Below are positions 1-9,615 of a DNA stretch of 64,000 nucleotides, in pieces (within the stretch, counting starts at the first letter, position 1; each line of letters starts with the position of its first letter). Source of the stretch: a virus; IMG/VR virus record IMGVR_UViG_3300020420_001038, positions 22,866-86,865 of that record; one strand, given 5' to 3'. A program made the translations under genes and the position numbers. The notes beneath the pieces are model-generated. The model was not told the origin of the DNA. It saw nothing but the letters and a program-made list of their open reading frames with translations, and did no database searches.

Positions 1-364
1 ATATTATTTTGTAATCATCCAAATTAATATCAAACTGAACTACTGGTCTTTTGTAAATTTTTCTATCTCTAATATAAATCGTCTTGTCGTTATTATCAAA
101 AAGGATTAAATTATTTGGAGCATATTCTACGGATTTGCCACTTATTAAAATATCCTTGTTTATTTTATTGTCAGAACGTTCCTTAAAAAACCATAGGCAA
201 ATGACAGGTTTTGAATAATCTGCCTGTTCGACATCTTTAAAAAATTTATATTTGAACCTAATTTTATTTTTAAAATTTTGCCATGTAGTATGGGATAGAT
301 TGTTTTGATTTTCATATAACTTATTGTATTCCTCGTCCTTATAAAAATTTTTAATATATATCAT
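1..364 (-). CDS. hypothetical protein, 3' end truncated by window edge; paralog of 364..852
   Basis: Not in ORF track. ATG at 364 reads MIYIKNFYKDEEYNKLYENQNNL...VICLWFFKERSD...KRPVVQFDI and stays open to base 1. Confidence 0.75.
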   Translation of the reverse strand, partial: MIYIKNFYKDEEYNKLYENQNNLSHTTWQNFKNKIRFKYKFFKDVEQADYSKPVICLWFFKERSDNKINKDILISGKSVEYAPNNLILFDNNDKTIYIRDRKIYKRPVVQFDINLDDYKII

Positions 365-852
365 TATCCCAAATTCCTCAAAAGCATTTTTTTTATTTTC
401 TTTTTGTAGACAATATCAATAGTTTGTAAATCTATCTGTACACAAGGTCTACGTATAACAAATTTATTTTTATTTAATTTTATGTCTTTATTTGTAATTA
501 GCATGGTATTTGTTTGATAACTTACATTGTGTTTATTAACTGTAAGATCTACAAAATCTTTGTAGGGATCTATTTTTTTATCTCTACAATACTTGCGATA
601 TTCTGCTGTATCAGGACGCTCTCTGAAAAACCAAACACACACAACCTGTGTTGTATCTATATCCTCTAAATTATGTAAAAATTTAAACGAACATTTATTG
701 TATTTTTTGAATTCAGTCCAATACTTTCCGTCTAGATAATTTTGAAATTCATATAATCTGTTGTAACTTTCGCGTTCGAACACTTCGGGTAAAACTATTA
801 CCCCAGTGTGTATGAGATGCTTATCTTCGAGTTTTTGAAATAGTTTATGCAC
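364..852 (-). CDS. hypothetical protein
   Basis: ORF 364..963; more plausible start is GTG at 852, overlapping the upstream stop. Shares LYE.QN, C.WFF.ER and RP.VQ.D motifs with its neighbour. Confidence 0.7.
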   Translation of the reverse strand: MHKLFQKLEDKHLIHTGVIVLPEVFERESYNRLYEFQNYLDGKYWTEFKKYNKCSFKFLHNLEDIDTTQVVCVWFFRERPDTAEYRKYCRDKKIDPYKDFVDLTVNKHNVSYQTNTMLITNKDIKLNKNKFVIRRPCVQIDLQTIDIVYKKKIKKMLLRNLG

Positions 853-1519
853 TGAATAAGTTGATAACTTCTTTTTTCCAGTCATCTGCATATTCACATT
901 CTCTATACCCGTCGAACCATGGACCACCTTCGGTGTAGTGTAATATTTTTGGTTTGCCATCATCTGGTTCTTGGTACCAACCTACTAACCAATTATAATT
1001 GTGGGGCAAAGATCCTATCTCAGAGTCATCCAACCATGTAAATCTATGCAAGAATTTAGGGGTTTGTTGGTTTAAAAAATCAGGCGTCAATATCTTATTT
1101 TTTGGATGTTCGCAGTTCCAAAGTACCATGCTACTCCAATTTTTTCTTGGATACACAGTTTGTACCTGTCCGTCCATTTTTGTTGTCTCTTTTGGTTTGT
1201 AATCGTGTTGCACACAAACAACTGCTTTACTAGGATCACAATATTTTTCTAATTCATGACTAGGAATTTTCCATAAAAAATCACAGTCGCAAAAAACTGC
1301 CCAGCCTTTGAAGTCGTTAAGATAAGGAACAAAAAATCTTGTAAATGTAAATTGTGTCGTTGCGAGTTTGTCAACTTCTCTAGTGTATATGCCCTGTTCA
1401 CGCATTTCGTTTTGCTTTAAAGGATACACTTCCGCATCCGGATCTCTACGCTTAATAGAATGTTCGCAAACTTGATATGCAATATCTTCTCGTGAATCCC
1501 AGCCTACATAAATCTTCAT
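845..1519 (-). CDS. GT-A fold glycosyltransferase (GT8/CDI-like)
   Basis: KIYVGWDSRE, FTFTRF, DxD motif (FCDCDF), PRKNWSS, HYTEGGPW. Confidence 0.85.
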   Translation of the reverse strand: MKIYVGWDSREDIAYQVCEHSIKRRDPDAEVYPLKQNEMREQGIYTREVDKLATTQFTFTRFFVPYLNDFKGWAVFCDCDFLWKIPSHELEKYCDPSKAVVCVQHDYKPKETTKMDGQVQTVYPRKNWSSMVLWNCEHPKNKILTPDFLNQQTPKFLHRFTWLDDSEIGSLPHNYNWLVGWYQEPDDGKPKILHYTEGGPWFDGYRECEYADDWKKEVINLFSA

Positions 1520-1523
1520 AACT

Positions 1524-2216
1524 CTATTTAATTGCTCTTTTTAGTCTTTCTACATCATCTTGAAAGTACACTTCTTTGCATTTTTTATATGTCCATTCAT
1601 CTCTTTTAAATACACCTTTACTTCTATTACGCATTCCTGTTTCATCTTTCATCTTTGTAATTCTTACTGTTATATCTCTTCTATACACAAATCTATCTAT
1701 TGCTTTCGCTAATTCACCAGTCCATTGATCCACGTTCCAGTGCCAAAACATAGGTCCCCAAAAATATCCTAGTGCTTTGCGCCATTCTTTAGTAACGACA
1801 GGAGTAACGCATTGTTGTTTCTCATACCTATTATCTCTGCCGCAAAACATGGCCATACAGAAAATACCATCAGGATACTCCATTTTGGTCAAATCCAATT
1901 TCAAGTCCCAATCCTGTGTCTCAAATACTACTTCGTCTCCTGCCAACATATAGTAATCTGCTTCCGTGTTTTCACACATCTCGTTCCAACTAAGGATAGT
2001 GTTTTGATCGGGTCCTATTTCGTACTGCACAGATTTTCCATAAGTTGACTGCAGGTTTGTAAGTATATTTTTGTAAAACTTTAATTGGTTATCATCATCA
2101 TTAAGATAATATTTTATAATAACATTTGATTTATTATTAGCCATATCTAATGCACTTGTCACTAACTTTTCAAGATACTGCGGCCGGCCACGTGTTGGGA
2201 TTGCTATACAAATCAT
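1524..2216 (-). CDS. GT2-like glycosyltransferase
   Basis: N-terminal IAIPTRGRP, WN..C and LAGDE motifs typical of GT-A enzymes. Confidence 0.7.
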   Translation of the reverse strand: MICIAIPTRGRPQYLEKLVTSALDMANNKSNVIIKYYLNDDDNQLKFYKNILTNLQSTYGKSVQYEIGPDQNTILSWNEMCENTEADYYMLAGDEVVFETQDWDLKLDLTKMEYPDGIFCMAMFCGRDNRYEKQQCVTPVVTKEWRKALGYFWGPMFWHWNVDQWTGELAKAIDRFVYRRDITVRITKMKDETGMRNRSKGVFKRDEWTYKKCKEVYFQDDVERLKRAIK

Positions 2217-2899
2217 AGTTGAAGCACTGCCTCTATCATGTGTGAAAAGCCTGTTTGCCTTTCTTCGGGGGACATATTTTTGTTTGAATCCTCAAAATGA
2301 TCTGCAACTGTGTTTACTGATAATGCTTTACGATTGAATTGTGCGGCCAATGTGTATAACATATAAGTTTCCATTTCGACTGCTAATATACCATATGCTT
2401 GGTGATCGTGCCACCATGTTTCACTAGGTTGATAGAAATAATCATTAGATGTAATGCCACCAACATGGGCCTCGGGGCAAATATCTGAAAACTTTTTAAG
2501 TAATTGATAATCTGCACTTGGACTATATTGGAAGCCAGGGATTAAATTTTTGCCCATCGCACTGTCAGTACTTGCTGTTGTTGCCGCGACAATGTCTCCT
2601 ACCTTAATGTGTTTTGCTATGCCTCCACAACTGCCTACTCTTATTATTTTTTGTACATCATAAAATTTAAAGAGTTCTGTAATATAAATTGAGTTACTTG
2701 GCATTCCCATACCGCCTGCCTGCACAGATATACGTTTACCATTGTAAGTGCCTGTAAAGCCTAAACAATTCCTCACACTGTTTACTTGTACAGGATTTTC
2801 AAAATAGGTTTCAGCAATCCATTTTGCTCTTAACGGATCTCCTGGTAGCAATACTGTATCTGCATAATCACCTTTTTTTGCTTCATTGTGTGGCGTCAT
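2213..2899 (-). CDS. deoD: purine nucleoside phosphorylase DeoD-type
   Basis: MTPHNEA, LLPGDPLRAKWIAE, GMGMPS, IRVGSCG, AVEME signature motifs. Confidence 0.95.
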   Translation of the reverse strand: MTPHNEAKKGDYADTVLLPGDPLRAKWIAETYFENPVQVNSVRNCLGFTGTYNGKRISVQAGGMGMPSNSIYITELFKFYDVQKIIRVGSCGGIAKHIKVGDIVAATTASTDSAMGKNLIPGFQYSPSADYQLLKKFSDICPEAHVGGITSNDYFYQPSETWWHDHQAYGILAVEMETYMLYTLAAQFNRKALSVNTVADHFEDSNKNMSPEERQTGFSHMIEAVLQL

Positions 2900-3452
2900 A
2901 TAATTCCTTCCAGTTTTTTACCCGCTTGCCATTCCAACCCTCACGATTGTATGGGTGATCCATCATAAACGTATTAAGGCCAACTTGTTCGCCTTGTATT
3001 GCATAATCAACTCGATCTTCGATCCAAATATAATTTTTACCTTTGTATCTTTCTTCGAGAATTTCTTTTTTTGGTTTTCTAAAATCTCCTGCACAATATA
3101 TGTAATCAAACACATCGCCAAACAAGTGTTTTAGATTGGCTTTACGCAATTGATGTGCATATTTGTCTTTGCCAATCATTGTGATAACCTCAAAACGCCA
3201 ACCGTCTCTTGCAAATTTACTGACAAACTCCACACTATCTTTGTATGCTGGAACAAATCCTAACACACCAGTTTCGTTAAATTTATGCACTAGTTCTAGT
3301 GCTTCGGTTTCATCTATGCCGTATCTTTTGGATTGTTCAAAATATTGATCGGTCTCAGGAAATCTAACGTATCCTTGCTCTTTCATCCAAATGTCAAAAG
3401 CAAAACACCAGTCTAGCAGTACGCCATCACAATCAGTTATTATTTTTTTCAT
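2883..3452 (-). CDS. HAD-superfamily phosphatase (5'-nucleotidase-like)
   Basis: DCDGVLLDW motif I, WIED motif IV, C-terminal HPYN...RVKNWKE. Confidence 0.85.
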   Translation of the reverse strand: MKKIITDCDGVLLDWCFAFDIWMKEQGYVRFPETDQYFEQSKRYGIDETEALELVHKFNETGVLGFVPAYKDSVEFVSKFARDGWRFEVITMIGKDKYAHQLRKANLKHLFGDVFDYIYCAGDFRKPKKEILEERYKGKNYIWIEDRVDYAIQGEQVGLNTFMMDHPYNREGWNGKRVKNWKELYDATQ

Positions 3453-4170
3453 TGATTAATAATCTTTTTATTTCATCCCAAGTACCTAAGTCTACATAAT
3501 CTTCAACATCAATTGCTTTAGAATTGTAGATTGGTGTTGAACAAATTTCTGTGTTTTCGACTGGTTGTTTAAGTGTAGACTTCTCCATAAAGTCCATACA
3601 AGATTTAAATGCTCTTCTCCTGAAGGCAAATGCACACCAAAAAGCATTAAATTGTTCTAAGTTTGTATCAGGTTTATCTTGATAATTTTTTATTATCTTA
3701 TCATCATCTACGTATAATGCACCTTTTGTTTTTAACACTTCATGATTAATTTCGTCTTTATATAAAAATGTAAATCCTGTCTCGGTTAATGAGGTTTTTA
3801 CAAGTTCAAATAAATCTCCTCCATTCCTAAGTTTCATTATAGTATCAGGCAGGAGAACTAAATTATATTCACCAAATAAATGACTTGCACTTTTAATTGC
3901 ACCTGTGTATTCTTCCTCGTTTGGATTTTGATACACAAAACTGATGTTGTATCTGTCTTTATATTTTGCTAGGTATGTTATTAATTCTGTTTTGTTTTCG
4001 TTTATTACAACTACGAAGTCGACATCTTTACGTCCATAGTCTCTGAAAAAATTAAACGAGTAATCTATCAATGCTTCGTCATTATTAATTCTTAATATTT
4101 CTTTTGGATATGGTAAATTTAATCTTGTTCCTTTTCCTGCCGCTGGTAATATTACTGTAAGGTTACTCAT
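3433..4170 (-). CDS. sugar-phosphate nucleotidyltransferase (NTP_transferase family)
   Basis: VILPAAGKGTRL..PYPKE N-terminal signature, LLPD, YVDLGTW. Confidence 0.85.
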   Translation of the reverse strand: MSNLTVILPAAGKGTRLNLPYPKEILRINNDEALIDYSFNFFRDYGRKDVDFVVVINENKTELITYLAKYKDRYNISFVYQNPNEEEYTGAIKSASHLFGEYNLVLLPDTIMKLRNGGDLFELVKTSLTETGFTFLYKDEINHEVLKTKGALYVDDDKIIKNYQDKPDTNLEQFNAFWCAFAFRRRAFKSCMDFMEKSTLKQPVENTEICSTPIYNSKAIDVEDYVDLGTWDEIKRLLINEKNNN

Positions 4171-4808
4171 TTTCTTAAAATTTCATGTATTTGTTTCCAA
4201 TTACTTACTCTGATTACATCAGGATGATTGAAATCTTTATTGTATTCGTGGTCAATTAATATAGGCTTTAAACCGTATTTAAGGCCTGCTAGTGCGTTTT
4301 TTGGCTTGTCCTCGACCCAATATAGTCCGGTTCCATGAAATTCTGCTAAAGCACTATCTTTGTCTGATCCTGTATCTAAAATATGATAATTGGTAAAAAC
4401 ATAACTGCCAAATAATTCGCCTAATCTTTTCTTTCTTAAAAGTTGTGCAGGTATGTCAGAAGTTTGAGATGTGATTGGAATAAAGGTCCAGCCTTCCGCG
4501 GCCAGTAACTTCACCCAAGTCTGTGAGTCGGGCATAGGACATTGTGTTCCCATCCACGCACTTTTATTGAATTCTCTTATTTCTTTTCTTATTTCTGTTT
4601 TGGAAAGACCAAAACGTTCTGCCATTTCGTATGTGTCTTGTTTGTTGTCTATTAATGTATATGGATAAATTTTCTTTCCTGTGTATCCTTCTCCAACTTC
4701 GTTTTCAAAATATGAACGTTGAAGCATCCATTCTGTAAAATGGTTTTCCCATTCCAGTAATACACCATCTACGTCTGTAAGGATAATTCTATTATTTGAT
4801 ATTGGCAT
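4167..4808 (-). CDS. HAD-superfamily phosphatase, paralog of 2883..3452
   Basis: DVDGVLLEW, WVEDK, HEYN...RVSNWKQ. Confidence 0.85.
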   Translation of the reverse strand: MPISNNRIILTDVDGVLLEWENHFTEWMLQRSYFENEVGEGYTGKKIYPYTLIDNKQDTYEMAERFGLSKTEIRKEIREFNKSAWMGTQCPMPDSQTWVKLLAAEGWTFIPITSQTSDIPAQLLRKKRLGELFGSYVFTNYHILDTGSDKDSALAEFHGTGLYWVEDKPKNALAGLKYGLKPILIDHEYNKDFNHPDVIRVSNWKQIHEILRK

Positions 4809-5256
4809 CTTCCATTCCCGCTACTCTCAGTTTTACAATGTTTGTAATTTGCCATTGCTTCTGATCTAGTCCTTTGGTGATGCCTAACCATTGATTTCTT
4901 AATAGAGCAAATTCATTTATTATCTTGTCCATGTCAACAACGTCCTGTTCGCCATCTACATATTTTTCAGCATCTCTGCTAGATAAGGCTCTGTTATAAT
5001 TTTCCAAATATTTTTTGAATGCTTTTGATCTTGTCCTACGCAATTCTATATTTAGATATTCTAATATCGCTTCAATCTGCTGAAGTTGTGCAAATCTTTC
5101 TTCTACTATTCCTGGCAACGATGCAGATGCCTTTTCTAAATTTCCGTAAATTTTTACTTCTTGCTTGGCTTTTTGATATTCTTTTTCGAAATGTAATATG
5201 CAGTCTGGGATTTTGTCCAAACTTCTACTTACTTCATTATACCAATTAATCTTCAT
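4792..5256 (-). CDS. uvsY: UvsY-like recombination mediator
   Basis: Helical protein with YLENYNRALSSRDAEKYVDGE and KGLDQKQWQITNIVKLR; lies downstream of uvsX. Start trimmed to ATG at 5256. Confidence 0.8.
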   Translation of the reverse strand: MKINWYNEVSRSLDKIPDCILHFEKEYQKAKQEVKIYGNLEKASASLPGIVEERFAQLQQIEAILEYLNIELRRTRSKAFKKYLENYNRALSSRDAEKYVDGEQDVVDMDKIINEFALLRNQWLGITKGLDQKQWQITNIVKLRVAGMEDANIK

Positions 5257-5488
5257 AACGATCGTCGTACTGTTCTTCTTCATCCTCTTGATCTTCGTAG
5301 AAAGTGTTGATCGCTTCTTCTAATTTTAGATCAAACTCACCACAGGCTTTAATTTCGTCTTCTTCAACACCTATATCTTCAAGTGTTTTTATAAAATCAA
5401 TTGCCGCATCTGCCTTTTGCTTCTCTGGCATGTAGTTGGATAAAGAACTCCATAAACGTTCGATGTCTTCGTGTGTCATTTCTGTCAT
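5246..5488 (-). CDS. small acidic hypothetical protein
   Basis: 80 aa ORF overlapping uvsX and uvsY. Confidence 0.75.
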   Translation of the reverse strand: MTEMTHEDIERLWSSLSNYMPEKQKADAAIDFIKTLEDIGVEEDEIKACGEFDLKLEEAINTFYEDQEDEEEQYDDRYED

Positions 5489-6528
5489 TCATTTGCCTCA
5501 GATTCTTTTGATAATTTATCAAAATCATCCATAAGCATGTCTAATTTGGGTCCAACCCAGGCTTTTCTAAATTCAATATGTTCTTTTTTGTCTGGTCCTA
5601 CGTATTTTAATCTATTTCCTTGCTGTACTAGTATTCCTTTTTTCTCGAACAGGTCAACTAGTCCACTATAAGGATCCATTCCAGTATCATAAGGAATTTT
5701 GACTTGTACACTTTCAAAAGGTTTAGCATATCTTGTTTTCATCACTTTACAAGCGGCTCTTATACCCCTCACGTCAGATACTTTATTACCCTTTTCATCT
5801 TCTTTTAATTTTAACTTTTTCATTGCAACAACGATACTTGATGCATATATAAATCCTTGACCGCCCGATATCTTGTCATCTGGGTCAAACATGTCTTGTG
5901 ATGCATATGTATGGTTGGTTGCTATCATGCCAACGTTCCATGAACCAAACATGTTTACACAGTTCCTTACAAGTGCTGTCAGTGCCTTTGGTTTACGACC
6001 TAGGTCACCTTTCATCTCACCTGCCTCAAACTGATTTACGTCCGTTGGAGTCAACATCATGCCCAACGAGTCAATGACAAAAAGCACCTTTGGTGCACCT
6101 TCTTTGTCGTCAGCATGTTGTTCCTTGTACCCTTTCATGAATTCTGATACTGTTTTTGCTACATCATCGACCATTGATAAACTTAATTTTAGCAGTTTGT
6201 CTTCTGATGTGTCCACTTTAAGTGCCTGTAGCCAAGTTTCATCCAGTGCATTCTCAGTGTCGATCAATATTACAAATATGCCTTGATCCTGTGCATTCTT
6301 AATAATGTTGCCTGATGCTATGTAAGATTTACCAGCACCAGACTCACCGGCAAGTACTGTGACTTTGCCTAAGGGAATACCTTTTTTGAAATCTCCAGTC
6401 ATCAAATAGTTCAATGCGTAGTTGCCTGTCGATATCCAATCTGTTGGATCACTAAATCCAATTCCAAGTCCTTGTATAGACTTTGTTATACTTTTTCTAA
6501 ATTTTGTTGCGTCAAATACTTTTGTCAT
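5485..6528 (-). CDS. uvsX: UvsX/RecA-like recombinase
   Basis: Walker A GESGAGKS, IDTENALD, Walker B VIDSLG, NHTY, SGGQG. Confidence 0.95.
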   Translation of the reverse strand: MTKVFDATKFRKSITKSIQGLGIGFSDPTDWISTGNYALNYLMTGDFKKGIPLGKVTVLAGESGAGKSYIASGNIIKNAQDQGIFVILIDTENALDETWLQALKVDTSEDKLLKLSLSMVDDVAKTVSEFMKGYKEQHADDKEGAPKVLFVIDSLGMMLTPTDVNQFEAGEMKGDLGRKPKALTALVRNCVNMFGSWNVGMIATNHTYASQDMFDPDDKISGGQGFIYASSIVVAMKKLKLKEDEKGNKVSDVRGIRAACKVMKTRYAKPFESVQVKIPYDTGMDPYSGLVDLFEKKGILVQQGNRLKYVGPDKKEHIEFRKAWVGPKLDMLMDDFDKLSKESEANE

Positions 6529-6539
6529 AATATCCTCTT

Positions 6540-6568
6540 ATTATATTACACAAGGCCTCAATAGTCAA
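6540..6568 (-). promoter_or_regulatory. sigma70-type promoter for uvsX
   Basis: Minus strand TTGACT-17 nt-TATAAT, followed by AGAGGA SD and ATG. Confidence 0.7.
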
Positions 6569-6595
6569 TATCAAGGCCTTGGTAAAGTGTCAATG

Positions 6596-7579
6596 TTATT
6601 TTTGTTGTCTTGATCTAATAAGTTTCAAGATATCCTCTGCCCTTTTGGCACTATCACCTGTTGGTGCCGCTGGTTGAGGTGCTGTTTCTGGTGCTGGTGC
6701 AGTTTCTTTTACTTCAGCATTTACCGGATCAGCAGTACTTTCAACTGGTGCAGGTGTGTCTGCCTTAGGTAACGATTGTTGTGTACCTTGATAGGCCATA
6801 CCTGCTGGTCTAAAGTATTGTCCATACTTCTCAAGATCATACGCCTCACCATCCACAGATTTTTCAAATAATTCTTTAATTATTTTTACTTCTGCTTCAG
6901 TTGGTTCTTTTGGTCTGAAGTCATTTAGATTATGTAATCCAAATTTATCAATTGCACTTCTTTCTGCTTCTTCTAGTGCTCTTTCTCTTCTTGACCATTT
7001 TGATGTTGAGTAGTCAGCATATCCACCTTTAGTTGTCTTATTAATTCTAAAGTCAACACCTCTCACACTGTCAGTTGGCAATTCTTCCATTTCTGGATCA
7101 AGTAATGCCGCTCTGATTATGTTAAAGATCTGAGGTCCAATTATAAATCTTCTGATTGGATTCTCTGGTGTTGTGTCTTCCGCCAACGGATTAGTTACAA
7201 CAAAACCTTGGAAAATATAACTTTTCTTTTTCCAATATTTTCTGCCCATGTCTTCCATGCTCTTGTCTTTGAACCATGGTCTAACTTCCGTTAGTACTGG
7301 GCAAGTTTTGCCGTACATCTCCATACAAGGAACTTGCACAGTAACTGGTCTTGAATCTGTCTGACCTTTGATGCCTGCGAAAGGCAGTTTGATCATGTTT
7401 CTCTCAGTCCAGAAAAATGTGTTTGCTGTGTCCTTGTCTGGTAAAAATCTAACGACTGCTTCGTCGCCTTCTTTTATATTCCAGTGTGGATAAATGGCGT
7501 TGTCTCCGCCTGTTGATGAAGTGGAGCGATTCACTTCTTGAGATTTTAACTTCGCTCTTATTTCAGCCAATGTAGCCAT
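6596..7579 (-). CDS. single-stranded DNA-binding protein, T4 gp32-like
   Basis: VRFLPD, CPV, YWKKKSYIFQGFV, DFRINKTTKGGYADYSTSKW; strong AGGAGG SD; adjacent to uvsX. Confidence 0.9.
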   Translation of the reverse strand: MATLAEIRAKLKSQEVNRSTSSTGGDNAIYPHWNIKEGDEAVVRFLPDKDTANTFFWTERNMIKLPFAGIKGQTDSRPVTVQVPCMEMYGKTCPVLTEVRPWFKDKSMEDMGRKYWKKKSYIFQGFVVTNPLAEDTTPENPIRRFIIGPQIFNIIRAALLDPEMEELPTDSVRGVDFRINKTTKGGYADYSTSKWSRRERALEEAERSAIDKFGLHNLNDFRPKEPTEAEVKIIKELFEKSVDGEAYDLEKYGQYFRPAGMAYQGTQQSLPKADTPAPVESTADPVNAEVKETAPAPETAPQPAAPTGDSAKRAEDILKLIRSRQQK

Positions 7580-7639
7580 AATGTAAGCCTCCTAATTTGC
7601 CTATGTTTGTGCCTAAATGTATATTAAGCATTAGTGCAT

Positions 7640-7668
7640 AATATACAACTATATTTATCTAATGTCTA
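7640..7668 (-). promoter_or_regulatory. composite sigma70-like and late promoter for gp32
   Basis: TAGACA-17-TATATT with a late TAAATA box inside the spacer. Confidence 0.5.
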
Positions 7669-7674
7669 GTATTA

Positions 7675-9603
7675 TTATTGGTAATGTGCTAGGTTTTTGA
7701 TTCTGTCTAATTCTGGATTAGACTCTGCTTCTTGCTTATCGTTTGGACGTCTTAGTTTGTCAAAGTTTTTTGAAAGATAAGCCATTGCCTCTTTACCGTT
7801 ATGTGTTTTGAAAACTGATTTACCGTCTTTATCTAATACGTCATTTACAATTTTTCCATTGTCATCTTTATACATTGAAACATAAGGTTTGATGTCTTCG
7901 AAGGTTACGTTTTCACCTGAGAATGCAGGTTCTTTCCTTGCTAGTTCCATTCTTCTTTTGATAACAGCCTGTTTCATTTTTGGATCTTTCATTAGATCCG
8001 GGTCTCTTTGTATTTGATTTAATACTTTTAATTTTTCTCTTCTATCTTCTTCGTCTCTAGGATTTTTATCATATTCATTTGCAGTTTGTTCTGCCCAAGA
8101 CTCAAATGTTTCTGTTTCTTTTGCCTTGCCTTTAAGATCTTTTTTAGGATTGTAATCTGCAGGATCCATTCTTACTTGGTCTGTGTATCCCGGTTCGGCC
8201 TGCATCTTCTTGTAATCATCGATATATCTCTTTGCCAACTGTATTGCAATTTTTTTATTTTTGGCATAATCCGCATCAGGTTTAAACATAGCAGATCCTT
8301 CTTGTTCTAATCCGTCTGCTACTCTAGATGCAAAATTTGCCACTCTATCTTCTTCACCTGTTTTTGTTAACATTCTTGAAGCGATGTCTGACAGGATTGA
8401 ACCTAGCATAGTATTTTTGTCTTTAAATTTTGTTACCTTAAGCATTTTATCTGCACTGTCATCTTTCCTTAGCACTAATTTACTTTTTGGATCACTTAAA
8501 AATGACGTTACAACACCCCCGTGGTCCATTGGTGGTTCGATTGGTGCATCGATTGGCTCTGCATCCGGCTCAAGTTCATTTACCTGTCCTTGTTCAGTAG
8601 CATTTTCTAATTCTGCCATTACTTTATTGATAAGTGGGAAAGCGTCTTCTACTCTTTTATCTAAATTTGTCATAGTGAATTTTTCTCTTAACTTGGAAAC
8701 TGTTTCGTCGTCTAAAATCTGGTCTTCTGCTTTTCTATAACTCTTACAACTAGCCTCGTAATGTTTTTGCTTCGAAAGATTTTTCATATACTCTCTCAAA
8801 TTTTCAAGTTGTAATTTTGTCTTTTCAATGATGTCACCTGCATTATCATTTAATTGGTCTTTGTTAGAAACATATCTTGAAAAAGATTGTAATTTTGCAA
8901 TATCCTCAGAAGTTTGTATGATGTGTTCACCAAACTCGTCATGCGGTCTGCCACCGTTTGCAACGTGTCTAACCATTGCTCTAGCACCAGACAAATGTGT
9001 AAGTGGGTATTTGAATCTTTCACCATCTTCGTTTTCTATGTATAATGATTGTATTTGTCTTGATCTAGCGCCAGGAACAGTTTCATCAACTTTGCCTGTA
9101 TGTCTAATAATAAGTCTTGTCTTGTCCAGGTTCTCATATGAACGTTTTGCGGTACCTGTTAGTCCCTCGGTCACACCTGCTAGTTTTGTGATTCTTTGTA
9201 ATTCTTCTGACATGTCATCAGTATTTACCGTTTTGTTCGTATCTGCAAGATTTTGATAATCCTGCTTCGTTAGGTTCGATTTAGTAATATCTCTCACGTC
9301 AAATGTGAGACTATGCTCTATTGCAAAATCTTTTAATTCCTTAAGGAAAGCATACCATTCGTCTTTGCTATCCTCGTCTATTTTATCAACAAGATCTCTA
9401 TTGTAGAAAACTTTCATGTTTTCGCCATCTGCTAAACTAACACTTACTGAACCATACGTATCTGAATCTTCTTGGAATTCAAATTCGAAAAATACAGCAG
9501 TGCTTGGATCAGCAGTTGCGGCACCGTTTTCGTCGCCGATTCTAATATTAGAAAATTGTGATCTTATTTTGTTAAACAAGTCTTGTGACGTTTTTGGATT
9601 CAT
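7675..9603 (-). CDS. large hypothetical protein, possibly head-associated
   Basis: 642 aa ORF directly downstream of terminase, with late TAAATA upstream and a KLAG-type motif shared with the scaffold. Confidence 0.75.
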   Translation of the reverse strand: MNPKTSQDLFNKIRSQFSNIRIGDENGAATADPSTAVFFEFEFQEDSDTYGSVSVSLADGENMKVFYNRDLVDKIDEDSKDEWYAFLKELKDFAIEHSLTFDVRDITKSNLTKQDYQNLADTNKTVNTDDMSEELQRITKLAGVTEGLTGTAKRSYENLDKTRLIIRHTGKVDETVPGARSRQIQSLYIENEDGERFKYPLTHLSGARAMVRHVANGGRPHDEFGEHIIQTSEDIAKLQSFSRYVSNKDQLNDNAGDIIEKTKLQLENLREYMKNLSKQKHYEASCKSYRKAEDQILDDETVSKLREKFTMTNLDKRVEDAFPLINKVMAELENATEQGQVNELEPDAEPIDAPIEPPMDHGGVVTSFLSDPKSKLVLRKDDSADKMLKVTKFKDKNTMLGSILSDIASRMLTKTGEEDRVANFASRVADGLEQEGSAMFKPDADYAKNKKIAIQLAKRYIDDYKKMQAEPGYTDQVRMDPADYNPKKDLKGKAKETETFESWAEQTANEYDKNPRDEEDRREKLKVLNQIQRDPDLMKDPKMKQAVIKRRMELARKEPAFSGENVTFEDIKPYVSMYKDDNGKIVNDVLDKDGKSVFKTHNGKEAMAYLSKNFDKLRRPNDKQEAESNPELDRIKNLAHYQ

Positions 9604-9615
9604 ATAGTGTATTTA

